NCBI GenBank assembly: GCA_965203055.1 | Contig: OZ241863.1 | Coordinates: 896,001-960,000, forward strand | Source of the DNA: Spirochaetia bacterium | GTDB lineage: Bacteria > Spirochaetota > Spirochaetia > SZUA-6 > Bin103 | Length of the DNA stretch: 64,000 bases | Reading direction: 5' to 3' | Part shown: positions 49,182 through 58,842 of the stretch, one piece after another | Position numbering within the stretch: the stretch's first letter is position 1 | Layout: each line of letters begins with the position of its first letter | Notes under the pieces: generated by a model | The model's input: only the letters and a program-made list of their open reading frames with translations | Database searches by the model: none | Told to the model about the DNA's origin: nothing | Translations under genes and position numbers: made by a program

Positions 49182-50015
49182 TCAGATGCTACTGCCGAGA
49201 ATGTCGCCGGCGTCGACAGGGCGCGATTTGCCGGGTCTGCCGGGTACCGAGGGGCCGGCTTCGGCGCCGGCGCGGGCGGCGCTGAGGGCGAGCAGGCGGG
49301 CGAGCACTTCGTCGCGGACTTCGTCGGGCCAACGCCAACGGTAGGGTTTCTTACGGCCACTGGCAGATGATCAGCGACCACTCGGCCTGGCGCCCGGCCC
49401 CTGGCCGCCAGCCGCCGAGATCATCGGCGAAGTGCGCTGGATGGCCCGCGTACTCTAGTTCAAGCGGGAGGACGGCTGCTTTCGTCCTTATTTCATCGAC
49501 CGGCCGGGGCCCTCCGCTATGGAGCGGTCGACCGGATTGTCCCAGTCCGGGTGGCCGTCATCCTTGATCGGATAGTACTTGCCTCCGGTGTAGGCGAGCT
49601 CAGTACCATCCGGCAGAACCGCTACCATGTCATACGATGGCCGCCTCGGAGGCCCGGCCGCGGCGGCTGCTATCGCTTCTGCGACGGTGGCCCGTCGGAT
49701 CGGACGTCCGGACATGTCGGTCGCGAGGTTCTGCTCAGCCATCCCAACTCCTCGAACAAGACATCGAACGCTTCCACTATAGGCAGAAACTCCTCGTACG
49801 GCCAGTGCTCGAGATGTGTCCTCGGGTCACCGTCGGTCCCAGGCGGCCTCGTCGATCTCGTAGTCGAGGAGGAGTCGCAGGCGATGGAAATGTCGCTCCC
49901 AGCCGCAGGCGTCGAGCACGGCGCGGTCCATGGCGGCGTGCAGCGCCGCGCGGTACTCGTAGTACGCCTTCCGGCGGCTTCGAGGGCGGGATCGGTACCA
50001 ACAAATTGGAAATGC
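49182..50015 (-). pseudogene. Degraded C-terminal relic of a large type IIG/IIL-like restriction-modification enzyme, split by an insertion
   Basis: Frameshifted pieces TDPALEAAG / KAYYEYRAALHAAMDRAVLDACGW / LLDYEIDEAAW (about 49830-50015) and RKKPYRWRWPDEVRDEVLARLLAL (49182-49358). Confidence 0.65.
49488..49742 (-). CDS. Small hypothetical protein inside the insertion
   Basis: 84-aa ORF with GAGGAG upstream; no family recognised. Confidence 0.4.
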   Translation of the reverse strand: MAEQNLATDMSGRPIRRATVAEAIAAAAAGPPRRPSYDMVAVLPDGTELAYTGGKYYPIKDDGHPDWDNPVDRSIAEGPGRSMK

Positions 50016-50153
50016 GCCCTGCGGGCGGGCGGGATCCGTGGGTTGTCAGCGTTGGGAGCGCGTGCTACCATCGCGCCGTCCGGCTCGCGGGCCCAATCGC
50101 CCGGCAGCGGCCGGCGCGTGATCGACGGGCGGACACGCCACCGGAGGGGAATC

Positions 50154-51869
50154 TTGGGTAGAGCATCGCTGGGATCGCTGTTGCTGGCCGCCGGCATCGC
50201 CGCGTTGATGGCGTGCGCGCCCGCGGCGCGCCCCTCCGCCGCGCCCGCCGCCCCGGCCCAAGGGGGGGGGGGTAATCCGCCGAGCGAGCCGCTACCGCCG
50301 CCCTCGCAGCCGGCCGAGAAGACCTGGACGATCAGCGCGGCTGACTTTGGTGACGATGAACCGGACCTGACGGGCGCCGCGTCCAGCCGTTCCGCGCCGT
50401 ATGCCTGGGAGCGGCTCACCGGCGGCAAGGTGCGCGTTTCGATCGGCGGACAGGAGCTGCCGTTCACGAGCACGAGCGCCAAGCCGGTCTTCGCGTCCGA
50501 CATCTCCGGCGCGGAGTGGACGGTTGCCGCCGAGGTCCGGGCAGGCGCAGTGGTGCTGGTGCTCACCGCCCAGGATCGGTTGGTCGTCGGCGACACGGTT
50601 GAATCGGTAGACATCACCAACCCGGGGAGCGGCTACGCGGCGGACCCGACCGTGACGTTTTCGGCGCCGCCGGCCGGTACCACCGCGACCGGCACCGCGG
50701 TGAGGCCCAGCGGCGTTGATTCGGTAGACATTACGACTGCCGGGACCGGCTACACGGCGGTTCCAACCGTGACGTTTTCGGCGCCGCCGTCCGGCGGCAC
50801 CACCGCAACCGGCGCCGCAGTGGGGTCCGGGTACGTCGATTCCGTGACGGTCGGGACTGCGGGGAGCGGCTACACTTCTGCCCCTTCCGTGACGTTTTCG
50901 AGCGGCGGCGGCAACAGCGCAGCCGGCACCGCGGTGCTGCAAAGCGGCGTAGCGTCAGTGACGATCACGAACCGGGGGGTCGGCTATACCTCTGATCCCA
51001 CCGTGACGTTTGGGGCGGCGCCGTCCGGCGGCACCACGGCGACCGGCACCGCAACGCGGCGCACCGAATTGGGTCAATTGCTGATTACGAACACGGGGAG
51101 CGGTTACACGTCTGCCCCGACCGTGACGATTGGCGCTCCGCCGGCCGGTGGCACCCAGGCAACCGCAACAGCAAGTATAAGTGGCGCCGGTACAGTGCAA
51201 GCCCTGAGCTGGGAGAACCGGGGGAGCGGCTACACCTCCGCCCCTTCCGTCACGTTGTCGGGCGGAGGGGGCAGCGGTGCGGCCGCGAGGGCGACGATAT
51301 TGACGACCAGGGTAGAGGAAGTGAGGATCACGAACCGGGGGAGCGGCTACACCTCTGCCCCAACCGTCACGTTTTCGGCGGCGCCGGGCGGCGGCACCAC
51401 GGCCGTCGGCACCGCGGTGCTGCAAAGCGGCGTAGCGTCGGTGATGGTCACGACCGGGGGAAGCGGCTACACCTCCGCCCCGACCGTGGCCTTTGGGGCA
51501 GCGCCGAGTAGCGGCGCCACGGCCGCCGGAACCGCGGTCATACGCTACGGCGTAGCGTCGGTGAGGTTCACCAACCGCGGGAGCGGCTACACGTCTGCCC
51601 CAACCGTGACGTTTTCGGCGGCGCCGGGCGGCGGCACCACGGCCGTCGGCACCGCGGTGCTGCAAAGCGGCATAGCGTCGGTAAGGGTCACCAACGGCGG
51701 AAGCGGCTACACGTCTGCCCCGACCGTGACGTTTTCGGCGCCAGCCAGCGGTACCCGCGCGACCGGCACGGCACGACTGGCGGAGAGCGGCTACGATCCA
51801 TACCAGAACCTGTATTGGGCGCGCCAAACGCTGGCGGGCAAGCCGCTTCTGGTGCGGCTGGCGGATTAG
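50154..51869 (+). CDS. Lipoprotein with 10 [14 protein letters not shown] repeats (paralog 3)
   Basis: GGAGG-N6-TTG start, lipobox AALMAC, shared N- and C-terminal segments, repeats at 50598-51779. Confidence 0.85.
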   Translation: MGRASLGSLLLAAGIAALMACAPAARPSAAPAAPAQGGGGNPPSEPLPPPSQPAEKTWTISAADFGDDEPDLTGAASSRSAPYAWERLTGGKVRVSIGGQELPFTSTSAKPVFASDISGAEWTVAAEVRAGAVVLVLTAQDRLVVGDTVESVDITNPGSGYAADPTVTFSAPPAGTTATGTAVRPSGVDSVDITTAGTGYTAVPTVTFSAPPSGGTTATGAAVGSGYVDSVTVGTAGSGYTSAPSVTFSSGGGNSAAGTAVLQSGVASVTITNRGVGYTSDPTVTFGAAPSGGTTATGTATRRTELGQLLITNTGSGYTSAPTVTIGAPPAGGTQATATASISGAGTVQALSWENRGSGYTSAPSVTLSGGGGSGAAARATILTTRVEEVRITNRGSGYTSAPTVTFSAAPGGGTTAVGTAVLQSGVASVMVTTGGSGYTSAPTVAFGAAPSSGATAAGTAVIRYGVASVRFTNRGSGYTSAPTVTFSAAPGGGTTAVGTAVLQSGIASVRVTNGGSGYTSAPTVTFSAPASGTRATGTARLAESGYDPYQNLYWARQTLAGKPLLVRLAD

Positions 51870-52098
51870 GCGCCGGCGGAGCCGGCCGGCGGAGCCGGCC
51901 GCCGCCATCCGTGCCGGCCTCAGCCGCCCCGGCCTCAGCCGCCCCGGCAAAGCGGGGACGGCTGCGGAAGTCGGTCGCCCTGCCGGCCCGGTGCGGGCGG
52001 CGCCGCCGCAACCCAAATGGCTGCGCCACCTTGTGGCTTGTGGCGGCGTTGCCGCGGTGCTCATTACGCGTTAGAATCCGAAGCGGCGAACGACACGT

Positions 52099-52620
52099 AT
52101 GGCGCTTAACGATGAACGGCAGCACGTGCTGCGCATGATCGAGGAAGGCAACGTCTCTCCCCGAGACGGGGCGCGGCTGCTGATGGCGCTTGGCGAGCTC
52201 GGCGACAGCGAGCCGCTGAGCGGCGAGCCGCAACAGGTGCTGCGCATGGTGGAGGAGTCCAAGATCTCCGTCGATGACGGCGCGCGGCTGCTCATCGCAC
52301 TGGGCGGAATCAACGACAACGAACCGGCGGCGCCGAGCGCGGCCCCGGCGGCGGCACCTGCTTCGGACCCGCGCGACGATGGGATGCTGGTACACATCAC
52401 CGTGAAGCGCAAGGACGGCAAGATGGTCAGACTGTCCATACCGTTGGAGGGCGCCCGCATGGTGTTGCCGCTGTTCGACCTGCCGCACGCCGCGCTGCTC
52501 GGCGAGCATGGCCGCGACGTCAACCGGATTCGAGACGCGCTGCGCTCAGGCGAGCCGGGTGAGATCATGGACTATCACGACGCGGAGTCCGGGCACAGCG
52601 TACACATCGCCATCGGCTGA
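52099..52620 (+). CDS. Protein with two SHOCT-like (YvlB/DUF2089-type) helical repeats
   Basis: VLRMIEEGNVSPRDGARLLMAL and VLRMVEESKISVDDGARLLIAL. Confidence 0.7.
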   Translation: MALNDERQHVLRMIEEGNVSPRDGARLLMALGELGDSEPLSGEPQQVLRMVEESKISVDDGARLLIALGGINDNEPAAPSAAPAAAPASDPRDDGMLVHITVKRKDGKMVRLSIPLEGARMVLPLFDLPHAALLGEHGRDVNRIRDALRSGEPGEIMDYHDAESGHSVHIAIG

Positions 52621-52721
52621 AGCCCTGCGCCGGGACGAACGGAGGCAAGCTGCTGCCACCGGGCCGATCTGCGATGATACCACCAAGCTCATTTCCAGTG
52701 CCCTTAGGCTAGAGAGACACA

Positions 52722-53345
52722 GTGCCTATCACCAGGAGCCAAGTCGATCGGAACAGCTTCAATCTCGCGTATCGGTTCCCTTATGAGCTTCGGATCAGCG
52801 ACTTCGATTCGGCGATGCAGGACGTTTATGACTTCTTCTTTGATGTCAATTCTCATTTGGTAGGCAAAGGGTTGCAGCGGCTCGACGACATGCTGCGGCC
52901 GGCAATCATGTCCGGCATGCTGTCCGACATGGTAACGGCGAGTCTGGCGAAGCACTCTCGGGTGCTTACGGAGAACACCTATTTCAACGGCCACCCCGAC
53001 CTCGTTGTACGGGGCGTCTACGCTCAAAACGCTGTCAAGGCCGGTAGCCAGGGCGTCGAGATCAAGACGACTAGAAAGAAGGGAGGCGCCGTCGACACGC
53101 ACGGAGCCCGTGATCAGTGGATGTGTGTGTTCGTCTACGATATAGACAGCGAAACGGAACCGGCGATCGACAGAAATCCGATGACGTTTACTGAAGTCTA
53201 TCTGGCCAACGTAACGGTCAATGACTTCAGAAGGAATCCAAGAGGCGAACTCGGGACACGGACCGCTACGTTGCACCGGCACGGGGTGGAGAAGCTGCGC
53301 GCGAATTGGCTCTATCGCGTACCGGGTGTCATGCTGGGCCGTTGA
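52722..53345 (+). CDS. Putative type II restriction endonuclease (PD-(D/E)xK)
   Basis: GHPDL..GVEIKTT motif; AT-richer; convergent overlap with an MTase. Confidence 0.65.
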   Translation: MPITRSQVDRNSFNLAYRFPYELRISDFDSAMQDVYDFFFDVNSHLVGKGLQRLDDMLRPAIMSGMLSDMVTASLAKHSRVLTENTYFNGHPDLVVRGVYAQNAVKAGSQGVEIKTTRKKGGAVDTHGARDQWMCVFVYDIDSETEPAIDRNPMTFTEVYLANVTVNDFRRNPRGELGTRTATLHRHGVEKLRANWLYRVPGVMLGR

Positions 53346-54477
53346 CCGGAAGCTCGGCCAGGAGCGGCATCGCTCTGGCGGCCATCTCGAAATAGTGATG
53401 GTCCTTTTCGACGCCCACCGAGGCATAGCCCACGGCCTGCGCCGCCGCGAGCGTCGATCCCGCTCCGGCGAAGGGATCGACCACCACGCCTTCGCCGAGG
53501 GGCAGCACGCTGCGCACGAGTTGCCGGAGAAACGCCTGCGGCTTCAGACTGGGGTGAGGAGCGATGCCCCTCTCCCGCTTTCCGGTCGGGGCCGACCTGA
53601 TGACGTCGCCGAACGGCGACCGGTCCGACGGCCGGCGAAATCCTCCGGTACGCCATTTCCGCAGGTTGTCCTGAACCCTGCCTTCGACCGGTTTGCGAAA
53701 CAGTACCCACGGTTCCCACATCGACCTCGGCAGCACGCTGACGCCTTCGAACTCCTCGTGGGCGCCCTTGGGGCGATCCCCGCCGCGCATGGTCATGACC
53801 AGCCTGATGATCTCGCCCCTTCGTTGCAGCCCGCCGCCCGCCAAGGCCGCGGACACGATGTGCGACAGCAGCGGACTGGAGGCGACCACGACATTCGCCC
53901 CCGGTACCAGCTTCGGGATCAGAAGGCGCGTCCAGATGAAGAAGAACTCATGGAGATACTTCTTCTGCGAATCGGTCAGCGTGGTGAATCGCGGCAGCGG
54001 AGATCGCGCGTGACCGTCGAACGATGGCGGCAGTCTCCAAACTCCTCCCCGGCCTGCTCTCAGCTTCGACTGTTCTTTCGGCGTGTACTCCTGAAGCCCG
54101 TACGGCGGGTCGGTGACCACCGCATGGATCGTATTGTCTTCTCGCTCATCCAACCAGTCGAAGCAATCGCCGTGAACCAGCGTAGCCTTGCCGTGGTGGT
54201 ATGGTTCCTGCCACAGGGACAGCCCCGGCAGCAGGCGCTGCACGCCGCTTGCGGATTCCGTTCTCAACCGATAGACGCCGCGCCGTTCTTTGACGAAGAG
54301 CGAAGGAGTGTTCAGGCGCAGAAACGACCGAACGGAGGACTCGGGTGTCGGGCCGTTTACTTTGGCGACCCGCTGCGCGACCTGCTTGGCTGACAGGCCC
54401 TCGGAGGTGAGGCTCAGGATATCGAGAATCGCGTCTCGTACCTGGCCGGGAGCGTATCTGAGAGCCTGCTCACTCAT
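53329..54477 (-). CDS. Beta-class N4-C/N6-A DNA methyltransferase with N-terminal winged-helix-like extension
   Basis: HGDC, VTDPPY, HPSLKP and VVDPFAGAGST; N-terminal VRDAILDIL..SVRSFL..RGVYRL. Confidence 0.9.
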   Translation of the reverse strand: MSEQALRYAPGQVRDAILDILSLTSEGLSAKQVAQRVAKVNGPTPESSVRSFLRLNTPSLFVKERRGVYRLRTESASGVQRLLPGLSLWQEPYHHGKATLVHGDCFDWLDEREDNTIHAVVTDPPYGLQEYTPKEQSKLRAGRGGVWRLPPSFDGHARSPLPRFTTLTDSQKKYLHEFFFIWTRLLIPKLVPGANVVVASSPLLSHIVSAALAGGGLQRRGEIIRLVMTMRGGDRPKGAHEEFEGVSVLPRSMWEPWVLFRKPVEGRVQDNLRKWRTGGFRRPSDRSPFGDVIRSAPTGKRERGIAPHPSLKPQAFLRQLVRSVLPLGEGVVVDPFAGAGSTLAAAQAVGYASVGVEKDHHYFEMAARAMPLLAELPVNGPA

Positions 54478-54484
54478 TCGGAGG

Positions 54485-54514
54485 ATTATATGACGTCCGG
54501 ACGTCTAGGATCAA
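54485..54514 (-). promoter_or_regulatory. MTase promoter with a perfect 14-bp palindrome in the spacer
   Basis: TTGATC-N18-TATAAT, 7 nt from the ATG; GACGTCCGGACGTC at 54492-54505. Confidence 0.7.
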
Positions 54515-54586
54515 GCGGCGGTGCCCGGTGCCCTTGGCTTGGCCGGCCTGGCCGGCCTTGGCCGGTGGCCCTTGTGAGAAGGGCGC

Positions 54587-55451
54587 GGATTCTGTTATAT
54601 GAGGACCTGCCGAGGCGGCGCCTTCACGTCTTGGTGCGGAGAGGCAGGAGCAGGTGGGTTTGGCAGAGATAGAGATCGGCGATCTTCTTGGACAGTGGGA
54701 CGGCTACGAAGTGGTGGCCGCCGCGCGGCGCCGCGGAATGGTCGAGATCGAGTTGGAACCGATCGCCGGGGAGCCTGGTATCTGCACCGGCTGCGGCCAG
54801 GAGGTGGCCGCCGTCCACGGGTACGAGCGGCGCCGGGTGCGCGATCTTCCGGTCCTCAACGCGCCGACCAGTCTGCTCCTGCGGCGGCGGCGGCTGGCCT
54901 GTCAGCGCTGTGGGCCAAAGCTGGAACGGTTGAGCTGGCTGGTCCGCTATGCGCGGGTAACCCAGCGGCTGGCCGACAACGTGACGCAGTTGTGCGCGGT
55001 GATGACGATCAAGCAGGTGGCCGAGTTCTACCGGTTGGGTTGGGACACCGTGAGGGACCTTGACAAGCGGTACCTGCAGCGTTCCTTTGGGCCGGTCGAT
55101 ATGCAAGGGGTGACCCAGTTGGTGCTGGACGAGTTCGTGCTGCTCGCCGGCAAGAAGTACGCCACGGTGATCACCGACGCGGTGACCAAGCGCGTCTTGT
55201 GGGTGAGCCGCGGGCATCGGCGCGAGAACGTGCGGCCGTTCTTCGAGGCGGTGGGCAGCGCCGGCTGCCACGCCGTCAGAGCGGTCGCAATGGACATCAA
55301 CAGCACCTACGAACAGGAAGTGCGGCGCCACTGCCCGCGCGCCAGGATCGTGTACAACCTGTTCCAGGTAGCGGCCGAGCACGGCGCGCGGCGCGATCGG
55401 GCGGACGCGCGCCGGTTGAAGCCGGGAAGCCCGCGCGGGAACGACGCATAG
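54587..55451 (+). mobile_element. Truncated ISL3-family element (transposase 54654..55451, probably inactive)
   Basis: CTGCG..HGYERRRVRDLP..CQRCG zinc finger, LDEF and VAMD; the DxFH motif reads NLFQ and the ORF then ends; GGATTCTGTT as a possible left end. Confidence 0.85.
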
Positions 55452-55485
55452 GCCATTTCCGTCCGGTCGGCCCGGCCCGTTCGCG

Positions 55486-55515
55486 TTGACACTCCGGCCG
55501 GCGCTAGCCGATACT
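55486..55515 (+). promoter_or_regulatory. Candidate promoter for the NHLP precursor
   Basis: TTGACA-N18-GATACT. Confidence 0.45.
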
Positions 55516-55565
55516 GTTTACCGCAGTGGAGTAGAACTCAAATTGGGAGGTGAAGAAGCAAGGTC

Positions 55566-55868
55566 ATGGATAGCAAAGCCCGGACCATCGACGATCTTCG
55601 AGAACACGTGGGCGAGAAGGCGACCACCGACGAAGCGTTCCGCGCTCGGTTGATCGCGGATCCAAAGGCCGCCATCGAGGAAGAACTGGGTCTGACGATA
55701 CCCGACGGCTTCAGCATCAAGGTGCACGAGGACCACGTGGACACCAGTCACATGGTGCTGCCGCCGGCCACCCAACTCACGCCGTCGGACCTGGAACACG
55801 CGGCCGGCGGAGCCGGGCAACACGCCGGCGACGCCCCCCAGACCTTCTGGGACGACCAACCCAAGTAG
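55566..55868 (+). CDS. NHLP (nitrile hydratase-like leader) RiPP precursor
   Basis: DEAFRARLIADPKAAI..VHE..VLPP..LTPSDLEHAAGG leader; predicted core AGQHAGDAPQTFWDDQPK. Confidence 0.9.
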   Translation: MDSKARTIDDLREHVGEKATTDEAFRARLIADPKAAIEEELGLTIPDGFSIKVHEDHVDTSHMVLPPATQLTPSDLEHAAGGAGQHAGDAPQTFWDDQPK

Positions 55869-55875
55869 TAGTCCG

Positions 55876-58842
55876 TCAGGCCATCTGCCGCAGGGCCAGG
55901 TTGCGGAACGGCCCCTCCGCCTCAATCAACTCATCGAAGGTGCCGGTCTGGACTACCCGGCCGCCCTGCAGCACGTAGATGCTGTCGGCCCGGCGGATGG
56001 TCGACAGGCGGTGCGCGCTTACGAAGCGGGTAATCGCAAGGTCCGCCACGCTTTGCATCACCTGCGCCTGGCTGTTGTTGTCGAGCCAGTTGGTGGCCTC
56101 GTCCAGGAACAGGATGCTCGGATCGCGTACCAGCGCCGCGGCCAGCATGATGCGCTGGATCTGCCCGCCCGCAAACGTTCCCGAGCCGGCGACCGTGTGC
56201 ATTCCCATCGGCATGGCGGCGATGTCCTGGTCGATGGCGGCCAGGGCGGCGGCGCGCCACGCGTCCTGTTCGGTGAGATCGGTGGCCAGTCCGACGATGT
56301 TCTCCAGCACGGTGCCGGGACGCATCGACGCGTCCTGCACCACCATGCTGATTTGGCTGCGCACCGCGCGCCGGTTGAGGCGCGCCAAGTCGCGCCCGTC
56401 GTAGTAGACGGCGCCCGACAGGGGCGACTCCAGTCCCAGCGCGAGCCGGAACAGGGTGCTCTTGCCGGCTCCGGACTCGCCGACGATGGCCACGAACTCG
56501 CCCGCGCGGGCACGGATCGAGACGTCGTCGACGACCGGGGGGCCGTCGTCGGCGTAGCGGAAGCTCACGTGATCGATGAGCACGTCGCCGCTCAGATCCG
56601 GCGGCGGCTCGCCTTCCGTAGCGGCGCCCGGTACCGCCTCCAGGATCGGCGTCGCCTGCTCGTACGCGGGCAGGATGGAGGCTATCGCCGAGAACGAGCC
56701 GCCGAGCCGGGCGACCGCCATGTAAAACACCATGAAGGCGGCGTAGATGGTCAGGAAGTCGCCGGTGGCGAGCGTTCCGCCGGCGCCCAACGCGACCGCG
56801 AATACCGCCGCCACGGCCAGCAGCGGAGCCGCGGCGAGGAAGGCGCCAAGGTGTTCGCCCAGCATGCCCAGCCGCATCTCGGTCCGCTTCTGGTCCCGGT
56901 AACCCTTCGCCCATTCGGCAAAGCCGATGCCTTCCGATCCCGTAGACCGCAGCTTGCCGACGCCGTTGAGCAGTTGCAGCACGTCTCCTGCCAGCTTCCG
57001 GGTGGTCTCCAGCAGGCGCCGAATGATGGGGAGCTGCAGGATGCCGATGACTGACGTCACTCCCAGGGAGAGCGTGCCCAGCCCCAGCCCCAGCCAGCCG
57101 ATCCGGTTGTCGTAGAGAAACAGCAGAATGAACGTCGGCAGCAGGAAGATCACCGACAGGATGGCGCTGGCGACCACGCCGGAGACCTGATCGCGCAGTC
57201 CCTGCAAGGCCATGGCGCGCATCGCCAGGTCGCCGGAGGCGAAGCGGCGGAAGAACCGCTGCGGCAGACCGAGCATACGGTCCCAGACCGCGGCGCCGAC
57301 GCGGGCGGAAGCAAGCGCTTCCAGCCGCATCAGGGCCGTTCCCTGCAGGACCTGCAGGAGCGCCGTGAGGAACGCCAGCAGCACCAGCGCCAGCGCCACC
57401 TCCAGGAGCCGCCCGCCGGAGCCGCTCGGAATCACGCTGTCCACGACCGCGCCAAGCAGGATCGACGGGGCCAGCATCAGCAGGCCGACGACCATCCCGG
57501 CAAGGATGAAGCGGGCGAGCTCCCGGCCGAGCCCGCGGCATGCAAAGCGCAACAACGGGACGACGCGGACCGGTTCCTCCGGCGGCAGTGAGCGGTAGAA
57601 GAAGCGCCCCTCGGCCTCCAGGCTGCGCGCCAGGCGCGCGTCGACTCGTTCCGTGCCGCCCGTCGCCGGGTCGATCATGCGGTAGCGCCCCGACAATCCC
57701 GGCAGCAACGCTACCGGCGCGCCCGACTCGCGGCGGAACGCCAGCAGCGCGCCGCTGTCGCCGAGCCACCAGCGGTCGTCCGGGGCCAGCTTGATCTGGC
57801 GCGCGCGGACCCCCGACACGCGCTGGATCTCGGCCAGATCGAGATTGCCATCCTCGCCCTCGCGCCAGCGGGGCGGAACGCGGAATTGGATGCCCTCGTG
57901 GTCGCCGACCAGCTTGAGAGCGCTCAGCAGGGCCGACCCCTCGTCCGCGGCGAGGGGCCGGCGCGTGTCCAGGACGCCGAACAGGCTGTCGCGGGCGCGT
58001 TCCTCGCTCTGGCGCCGGTGCTGGACCTGCGCGCGCTGCAGGTTGGCCATGTCGACCAGCATCAGGCGCTGGTTCATCTCGTCGACCGACAGCGCCAGCC
58101 GATGGAACTCGGCCAGAGCGTCGAACAGCAGCCCGCGCGCTTCGAGCCCCCGGGAGGAGGTGGCCTTTACCGGGGAGGGGCTGAACAGCGTGATCCAGCT
58201 ATGGACCGACATGGGAATGAAACCGGGCCCGTCGCCGGTTGGCTCACCGGTGTCGAGGAACGCTCCGCCGTTCGGGCAGTGGGCCCAGACCACGCCCTGC
58301 CGGGTCGACAGAATCCGTTCGCTCACGCTGTCTACTTCTTCACCGGCGGTCAGGAAGCGCTCGGGGCGCGGGCGCGGCACCACCTCGCGGGCAATGGTGG
58401 CGGCGACGTCGGTGATCCAGGCGTCGACCTGCGCGGTCAGCAGCTCGGCCGCCTCCGGGGCGGTGAACGCGCTGCGCGGGACGCGGCGCAGATGCGTGTC
58501 CGGCAGCCCCTTGCCGATGTATACCGACGACGACAGGGTATCGTCGCTGCCGACGCCGAAGATCAGCCGGCCCGGCCCCGCGCGCAGGAGTTGCCTGAAG
58601 TTCGATGCCGACTCCTCTTCCGAGTACTCGGCTACGAACACGTCCACCGCGCCTTCCACGACGTACCACACCAGTTCCGGATCGGACAGGCTGATGGGCC
58701 GGTTGCCGCCGCCGACGAACTCCTCGCCCTGCGCGAGCGCGATCGTCGCGATCGGGTCCTGCGCCGGCTGCTGCGCGTCATCCTCCCTTCCGCGTTGGGG
58801 GCGCAGGCCGATTCCCTCATCCGTATCGATCTGATCCATCAT
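55876..58842 (-). CDS. NHLM/NHLP bacteriocin-system ABC transporter, permease/ATP-binding subunit
   Basis: cNMP-like N-terminus, SGVRARQI..WWLGDSG, TM domain, GESGAGKST and LFLDEAT; the alternative start is 58878. Confidence 0.9.
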   Translation of the reverse strand: MMDQIDTDEGIGLRPQRGREDDAQQPAQDPIATIALAQGEEFVGGGNRPISLSDPELVWYVVEGAVDVFVAEYSEEESASNFRQLLRAGPGRLIFGVGSDDTLSSSVYIGKGLPDTHLRRVPRSAFTAPEAAELLTAQVDAWITDVAATIAREVVPRPRPERFLTAGEEVDSVSERILSTRQGVVWAHCPNGGAFLDTGEPTGDGPGFIPMSVHSWITLFSPSPVKATSSRGLEARGLLFDALAEFHRLALSVDEMNQRLMLVDMANLQRAQVQHRRQSEERARDSLFGVLDTRRPLAADEGSALLSALKLVGDHEGIQFRVPPRWREGEDGNLDLAEIQRVSGVRARQIKLAPDDRWWLGDSGALLAFRRESGAPVALLPGLSGRYRMIDPATGGTERVDARLARSLEAEGRFFYRSLPPEEPVRVVPLLRFACRGLGRELARFILAGMVVGLLMLAPSILLGAVVDSVIPSGSGGRLLEVALALVLLAFLTALLQVLQGTALMRLEALASARVGAAVWDRMLGLPQRFFRRFASGDLAMRAMALQGLRDQVSGVVASAILSVIFLLPTFILLFLYDNRIGWLGLGLGTLSLGVTSVIGILQLPIIRRLLETTRKLAGDVLQLLNGVGKLRSTGSEGIGFAEWAKGYRDQKRTEMRLGMLGEHLGAFLAAAPLLAVAAVFAVALGAGGTLATGDFLTIYAAFMVFYMAVARLGGSFSAIASILPAYEQATPILEAVPGAATEGEPPPDLSGDVLIDHVSFRYADDGPPVVDDVSIRARAGEFVAIVGESGAGKSTLFRLALGLESPLSGAVYYDGRDLARLNRRAVRSQISMVVQDASMRPGTVLENIVGLATDLTEQDAWRAAALAAIDQDIAAMPMGMHTVAGSGTFAGGQIQRIMLAAALVRDPSILFLDEATNWLDNNSQAQVMQSVADLAITRFVSAHRLSTIRRADSIYVLQGGRVVQTGTFDELIEAEGPFRNLALRQMA

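Noticed and set aside
51870..51946. Short tandem repeats after lipoprotein 3 (similar ones at 54531-54572)
   Set aside because: Two or three low-complexity GC-rich copies, not distinguishable from slippage noise
46469..55868. Nearby dehydrogenase, MTase or HNH genes as tailoring enzymes for the NHLP peptide
   Set aside because: They have DNA-enzyme or general metabolic motifs, no visible RiPP recognition element, and are separated from the precursor by an IS remnant
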